A DNA stretch of 48,902 nucleotides, counting the filler, from Streblomastix strix (taxonomy: Eukaryota), in NCBI GenBank assembly GCA_008636045.1. It is 2 parts of 2 records of this genome, joined end to end, with 100 filler letters (N's around TTAATTAATTAA, not from the genome) between each part and the next. Parts side by side here need not be neighbours in the genome. Positions count along the whole stretch, not along the records: positions 24,535 to 48,902 come from SNRW01000236.1; 1 more part is not named here. One strand, written 5' to 3'. Positions 41,601 through 48,902 of this stretch are shown piece after piece. A program made the translations under genes and the position numbers. Every line of letters begins with the position of its first letter. Position 1 is the first letter of the stretch. Below the pieces are notes generated by a model. It did no database searches. It was not told where the DNA came from and was given only the letters and a program-made list of their open reading frames with translations.

Positions 41601-44600
41601 AATTGAAATCTTCAAAAATGATAAATATTAAAATTAAGGTATCAAAATACAATCAGCATGTTCAATTGGATATTTATTCAAGGCAACTCAACTTCCTTCT
41701 GATATTGAATTAAATATCATTATTTTTCTTAAACATCTTATTAAAACAAATAAATATTTTTTTGATAAACCTTTTCTTACACTCATTTGTCTCTCTGAAT
41801 GTTAATGTATGCGATTAATATTTCTAATTATTCAGATTTTACTTTATATTTATATTTATATTTATATTTATATTTATATTTATATTTATGTTTATGTTTA
41901 TATTTATATTTATATTTATATTTATATTTATATTTATATTTATATTTATATTTATATTTATATTTAAGTTTATAATTATAATTATAAATATATTTATGTA
42001 TATATTTATGTTTATTTTTATAATTTTTTAATCATTATTCAGAAAATCATAAATAAATATTAGCTTATGAATTTATAAAATAATTAGATGTCATGTTATA
42101 AGATGAATAAAAAGAAAATCAATATTAATATATTCTTCGTCTTCTCATCAATCTATTCAAATTTGGAAATAATGAAACAAAATAAAATATAAAGAAAGAA
42201 ATATCACAAATACGAATTTTATAATTATTTTTTTAAGATTAATAATTAATATCTTCAAAACTATAAAATTATTTATTACTATAAGAAGAATATTTTATCG
42301 CCAAATATCAAAAATAATCATATTAGAACTATATTAGTTAAATAAAAGCAATTTAATAAAAAGGAGAAGGGAAGAGTTCAGAAGAAAGAATGAAAATTAT
42401 TGAATATGGAGAATTGAAAGAGATTTGTAAAATCATTCATTCATCATTGGAAGGAGAATTAAGTTTATCATAATGTAATATTTTTGTATAAGGATGTGAA
42501 GCGGCATCTGTTCTACTTAAAAATAATAAAGAATCATTTCCATATGCAATTGAAAGTGAAGGAATTATTGATGAAATAATTTCTCTTTTCAATAATCTTC
42601 CAATTGAAATTATTAATAAATTTCATCTTCTTCCTCTTTTTCATATTATTGATTCAAGTAATTTTGAATAAAGAAAGACTCTTGTCGAAAAAGGAATTCT
42701 GAAAATAATGAATAAAACTCTGGATAGTAAAGAAGAATAAGTTTTGGATTTTTCAACATTTATATTAATGTTCATAATTTATGGAATTGGTGAATTAGAA
42801 GGAGAAGGAAAACCAAATCCACTTCTTAAAGAAATGGAGAAAGATGGAACATTAGCAAAACTAATTTAAATATTCAAAAACGATAAATATAAATATAAAT
42901 ATATTAATACATGGGCTGCATGCTCAATTGGAAGATTATTCAAAGCAACTCAGCTTCCTATTAATATAGCATCTGAAATAATCAATCATCTTTAGAATAT
43001 TATTTTTGAAACTAATAAAAATCATTAAGAATCTCCTTTTCTTACCCTCATTTTTCTTGCAGAATGTGAATGTATGCTGAAATATTTCTTTCTTTAGTTT
43101 ATTTAATTTTCTATTTTTTATTTATAGTAAATCATCAACTAATATTATCCCAGAATTTTTTATCAGTAATTAATAAGATTTTACTAGATAATTAAAAATA
43201 TTAGTCATATATTCTTAATCTTCTAATTAAACTATTTAAATTTGGAAATGATCAAACAAAATAAAACATAGAGAATGAATTAAATGTCAATACAATTAAA
43301 TAACTAACAAATAATGAAGATAAAGAAATTTCAAATAAATCTACACAACTTTTGAAATTATATGAAATTGAGAAAATAGATTATCAAGAAAAATAAAATT
43401 ATAAGAATAATGAATAAAGAATGAAATAAATTAAAAAAGAAGGAGAAGGAAAGAGTTCCGAAGAAAGAATGAAGATTATTGAATAAGGAGGATTTAAAGA
43501 TATTTGTAAAGTGATTCATGAATAATTGGAAGGAGAATTGAATTAGAATAAATAATATCTAATATAACTTGGATGTGAAGCTTCATCTGTTCTTCTTAAA
43601 GAGAATCCAAAATCACTTCCATTTGCAATTGAAAGTGGAAGAATTATTGATGAAATTATTTCTATTCTTAATAAACTTCCTATTGAAAATATTAATTAAA
43701 TTCATCTTATTGTTCTTAATAATATTGTTTATTAAAGTAATTTTGAATAGAGAAAAATCCTTTTTGATAAAGGAATTCTTAAATCAATTATTAAAATATT
43801 AAATAGTAAAAATGAATTAGTTTTATATTAATCAACATATATATTAATGAATTTACTTTATAGAATTTGTTAATTGGAAGGAGAAGGAAAACCAAATCCA
43901 CTTCTTAAAGAGATGGATAAAGATGGAACATTAACAATCTTAATTTAAATTTTTAATAATTAAAAATATTAAAATAAAGATATTAATTCATTTGCAGCGT
44001 ATTCATTAGGATTATTATTCAAAGCAACTCAGCTTCCTATTAATATAGCATCTGAAATAATCAATCATCTTTAGAATATTATTTTTGAAAATAATAAAAC
44101 TATAGTTAAAGACTCAATTTTTATACTTATTTGTCTTTCTGAATGTGAATGTATGAAATAAAATATTTTAATTCATTATTATTTTACGTATTTAATTAAT
44201 TTTTTTATTTTTTAAATAATTATTCAGAAAACCATTAATTGATATTAGCTTATGAATTTATAAAATAATTAGATGTCATGTTATAAAATAAATAAAATGA
44301 AAATCAATATTAATATATTCTTCGTCTTATAATAAATCTATTCAAATTTGGAAATGATCAAACAAAATAAAATATATAAAATAAAATGAATATAAATATG
44401 ATCAAATAATTTTCAAATCATAATAGTAAAGAAATATCATAAAATTCAATTGAATTTCTTAAACTGATAGAATAAGAGAATATGAATGAAGTAGAAAAAG
44501 AAATATATATTAGTAATGAATCAAGAATGAAATCAATTAAAGAAGGAGAAGAGAAAAGTTCAGAAGAAAGAATGAAGATTATTGAATAAGGAGGATTTCA

Positions 44601-47600
44601 AGATATTTGTAAAATTATTCATTCATCATTGGAAGGAGAAATGAATTATAATAAATAATATCTTATTGAACTTGGATGTGAAGCAGCATCCGTTCTTCTA
44701 AAGAATAATCCATTATCATTTCCATTTGCAATTGAAAGTGAAGGAATTATTGATGAAATTATTTCTCTACTCAATAATCTCCCAATTGAAAATATTAATT
44801 AAAATAATATTGTTCCTCTTTTTCATCTTATTTACTCAAATAGTAATGAACAAAGAAAGACTCTTGTGGAAAAAGGAATTTTGAAAGTAATGAATAAAAC
44901 TCTGGATAGTAAAGATGAATTAGTTTTATATTATTCAACATTTATATTAATGAAAATAATTTATGAAATTGGAAAATTGAATGGAGAAGGAAAACCAAAT
45001 CCACTTATTAAAGAGATGGAAAAAGATGGAACATTAGCAAAACTAATTGAAATCTTCAGAAATGATAAATATAAATATAAATATATTAATACATGGGCTG
45101 CATGCTCAATTGGAAGATTATTCAAAGCAACTCAGCTTCCTATTAATATAGCATCTGAAATAATCAATCATCTTTAGAATATTATTTTTGAAACTAATAA
45201 AAATCATTAAGAATCTCCTTTTCTTACCCTCATTTTTCTTGCAGAATGTGAATGTATGCTGAAATATTTCTTTCTTTAGTTTATTTAATTTTCTATTTTT
45301 TATTTATAGTAAATCATCAACTAATATTATCCCAGAATTTTTTATCAGTAATTAATAAGATTTTACTAGATAATTAAAAATATTAGTCATATATTCTTAA
45401 TCTTCTAATTAAACTATTTAAATTTGGAAATGATCAAACAAAATAAAACATAGAGAATGAATTAAATGTCAATACAATTAAATAACTAACAAATAATGAA
45501 GATAAAGAAATTTCAAATAAATCTACACAACTTTTGAAATTATATGAAATTGAGAAAATAGATTATCAAGAAAAATAAAATTATAAGAATAATGAATAAA
45601 GAATGAAATAAATTAAAAAAGAAGGAGAAGGAAAGAGTTCCGAAGAAAGAATGAAGATTATTGAATAAGGAGGATTTAAAGATATTTGTAAAGTGATTCA
45701 TGAATAATTGGAAGGAGAATTGAATTAGAATAAATAATATCTAATATAACTTGGATGTGAAGCTTCATCTGTTCTTCTTAAAGAGAATCCAAAATCACTT
45801 CCATTTGCAATTGAAAGTGGAAGAATTATTGATGAAATTATTTCTATTCTTAATAAACTTCCTATTGAAAATATTAATTAAATTCATCTTATTGTTCTTA
45901 ATAATATTGTTTATTAAAGTAATTTTGAATAGAGAAAAATCCTTTTTGATAAAGGAATTCTTAAATCAATTATTAAAATATTAAATAGTAAAAATGAATT
46001 AGTTTTATATTAATCAACATATATATTAATGAATTTACTTTATAGAATTTGTTAATTGGAAGGAGAAGGAAAACCAAATCCACTTCTTAAAGAGATGGAT
46101 AAAGATGGAACATTAACAATCTTAATTTAAATTTTTAATAATTAAAAATATTAAAATAAAGATATTAATTCATTTGCAGCGTATTCATTAGGATTATTAT
46201 TCAAAGCAACTCAGCTTCCTATTAATATAGCATCTGAAATAATCAATCATCTTTAGAATATTATTTTTGAAAATAATAAAACTATAGTTAAAGACTCAAT
46301 TTTTATACTTATTTGTCTTTCTGAATGTGAATGTATGAAATAAAATATTTTAATTCATTATTATTTTACGTATTTAATTAATTTTTTTATTTTTTTAAAT
46401 AATTATTCAGAAAACCATTAATTGATATTAGCTTATGAATTTATAAAATAATTAAATTTATTGTTACAAGATTAATAAAGAGTTTATTAATATGAATATA
46501 TTCTTCGTCTTATAATAAATCTATTAAAATTTGGAAATGATCAAACAAAATAAAACATAGAGAATGAAATAAATAAAATTTAAATCAAAGCACTTTTATT
46601 AAATATTAATCAATAAACTGCTTTATATGCTAAAAATCTTTTAGAAATTATCGATAAATATAATATAAATAATAAATAAAAAATTAATTCTAATAATAAC
46701 TGTTTTTCTGAAATCGATGAAATATTTTAGGTTATATAATAACGAAAATAAATTTAAAAAGATATATAAAAACAACAAGAAAAAGAATAAGAATTAAAGA
46801 AAGAATAAGGATAAGTAAAAGAATAAGAATAATAGAAATAATAAGAATAATAGAAATAATAAGAATAAGAGAAAGAATAAAAATAAGATAAAGAAATAAA
46901 AGAAGAAGAATTATCAGATGATGAAATGATGCAAATTGCTTTATAACTTTGAGTTGGAAATTAATAATAATTACAAATATTTTAATAATAAGAAAATGAA
47001 TGTTAAAAATTAATATAAAGAATTTAAGGAAAAATTAATGAAGAGACAAGAAAGAAAATCATTAAATTAGGAATTGCTCAAGCATTGTTAAATATATTCT
47101 CAACATTTGAATTAAAAGCAATAACTCGTCCGTATATAGATGTTTTCTGCCATATTACTTATCCTTACTCTCCTTTAATAAGCAAACTCCTATTTGAATT
47201 AAATCCTTTTCCATCACTTATACGCGTGTTAAATCATGATGACTTTATCGTTGTTGCAAATGCAATTGCCTCAATTGAAAATATTTTTATTGGTGAATCA
47301 ATTGATTCTGAATTTACATCTCCACATCCATATTATGAAAATTTATCATAAATTGGTGGAATTGAAAGAATTTATAATTTATTCAGAACTACAAAGGATG
47401 AATTTTCAAAAAATGTTTCTGCTGTGTGTATTGGTGTAGCTTTTAGAGCTCGAGATATTACTAATCCAGAAATGAAAATGGAAATAATAGTATAATTAAA
47501 ATAAGATTTGAAACATCCAGATATTATAACTCAGAATGAAGCTTAACTTGCATTAAAATGTCTTGCATAAAATCCTGGTATGCTTATAATAGTATTTTAA

Positions 47601-48902
47601 TTATGGTAAAATTTATTAATTCTATAAATTTAATATTATTTGAATTAATTAATTATCTATTAAGACAATCGAATTGAGATTGAGAAAGGTGGATTTATTC
47701 TTCCCAATGAATTTTTTGAAAAATCAAAGTTTTTATATCAAATGTAACTTTCTCTATAAGATTATAATAAAAATAAGAAATTAAACGAGAAATCAAAAGA
47801 ATATGAGAATGAATAAGAGAAAGAATAAGAATATTTGGATTATAGCCCAATTGAGTGTGAAAAATGTCATCACTATATTCCATTTTTTATTTATAACAAG
47901 CATATATAATCTCATTCTATATTATAACAACAAAGCAGTTCAAATATTTAATCATTGTCTTCTTCACCTTACTCATAATTAGTTTATAGTTTTTCTAATG
48001 AATCATTTATATAAATTTAAAAAATCAATGAACAGTTCAATAAATTTTAAAATATGAATATAAACGAGAGATAAAATTTAATGTAAAATTTATTGGAATA
48101 TCTGAATGAAAATAAAGAAAATAGAATAATGGCTATATAAATTGGTATAGTTGATAAAATAATATTGATAATCAATAATCATAATGAATAATAAATTGAA
48201 TATAAAATATTAATTGATTTTCTTCAACAACTTATTAAAATATGCGATAATGAAGAAATAATTCAATTGAATGAGAAAGGATTAACAAAAATTATTTAAA
48301 AATAATTGAATAATAATGATGAAGATATTCTATTGAATGCAACCAGAACACTTGAAAGAATAATAAATGTTATAAGTGAAAATTCAGAAGAAGGAAAACC
48401 AAATCCATTATAAAATGCTATAGAATAAGACTAAACATTATCAAAACTTTTTGAAATTATTATAAATGATAAATATGAAAAAATAGAAATCAAGAATAAT
48501 TCGGCACTAATAATTGGATATTTATATAAAGCAACTAAACTTCCAATTGAATATGGAGAAATAATTATTAATCAACTTAAAAGACTAATATCAAATAAAA
48601 ATATATATTTCAGATTATATTCAATTATTGCACTCTCATATCTTGCTGAATGTTCTTTTAATCATGAAATGATAATTGCAAATTAATTTTTATAATAAAT
48701 TAATTAGATATTGAAAGATAGTTCAATAATTGGACTAAGAATCAATAGTCTTAATTTATTATTAATATTAATTAAATATGCTACTCATGAAATGAAAGAA
48801 AGAATAATGAACAAAATTGATAAAGAATAAATAATTATTCTTTCTTAAAACAGTAATGATCGATTGAAAATCAAAGCAAATTAAATTCTTTAATAAATTA
48901 AT
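35692..48902 (+). CDS. Giant Ser/Thr protein kinase fused to about 9 ARM/HEAT-like macro-repeats; contains two in-frame TGAs; 3' end outside window
   Basis: Spliced kinase motifs GHGSFGNV, MAVK, HRDIKCDNILL, DFG, GTLPFMAPE, DIYALG, KRISAVEALQHPYF (35692 to about 37110). A Q/S-rich linker follows, then ~350-aa units with GGxKxICKxIH, LGCEAAS, EGEGKPNPLLKEMEKDG, IGxLFKA, LAECxNH. TGAs at 40135 and 46950. Confidence 0.85.
37499..37565 (+). repeat. Coding tandem duplication SEIQPIAQSS x2 (36-nt period)
   Basis: GAAATTTAGCCAATTGCTTAATCATCA occurs twice. Confidence 0.9.
41844..41965. repeat. (TTTATA)n microsatellite in an intron
   Basis: About 20 copies, with two TTTATG variants. Confidence 0.95.
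42882..46454 (+). repeat. Near-identical ~1.39-kb direct duplication (42882-44271 / 45064-46454)
   Basis: Offset 2182 nt. Identical ORF-track peptides at 43569 and 45751; the introns are copied too. Confidence 0.9.

Noticed and set aside
39173..45984. Three similar 'MDVKLHLF' ORFs as a small gene family
   Set aside because: Off-frame readings of the LGCxAxS segment of the repeat units.

Overview
Very AT-rich, intron-rich eukaryotic (flagellate protist) DNA. TAA and TAG are read as Gln and TGA is the stop codon, so the supplied standard-code ORF track is only fragments. The code, intron style and expanded kinase/ARM families suggest an oxymonad such as Streblomastix (inference). The window is two contigs joined by an artificial N-TTAATTAATTAA-N spacer at 24435-24534. 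The left part holds a beta-helix (Pmp-like) membrane protein, radial spoke protein RSP11/ROPN1L, a large coiled-coil gene, a small orphan gene, an RRM protein, a ~1.9 kb TIR element with a central palindrome, and a membrane-protein pseudogene. It ends with a PMCA-type Ca2+-ATPase whose frame continues ~790 aa past TM10, through a novel repeat linker, into a C2 domain that retains the visible Ca2+-ligand aspartates. The right part holds gene and TE relics, a decayed hAT transposase interrupted by a MITE whose ends could let it splice out in frame (introner-like), an intronless AIG1/GIMAP-like GTPase, and a >13 kb kinase + ARM-like macro-repeat gene. That last gene has UIM-like and zinc-finger motifs, two in-frame TGAs and a very recent internal duplication. 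All translations were done by eye and no searches were run.
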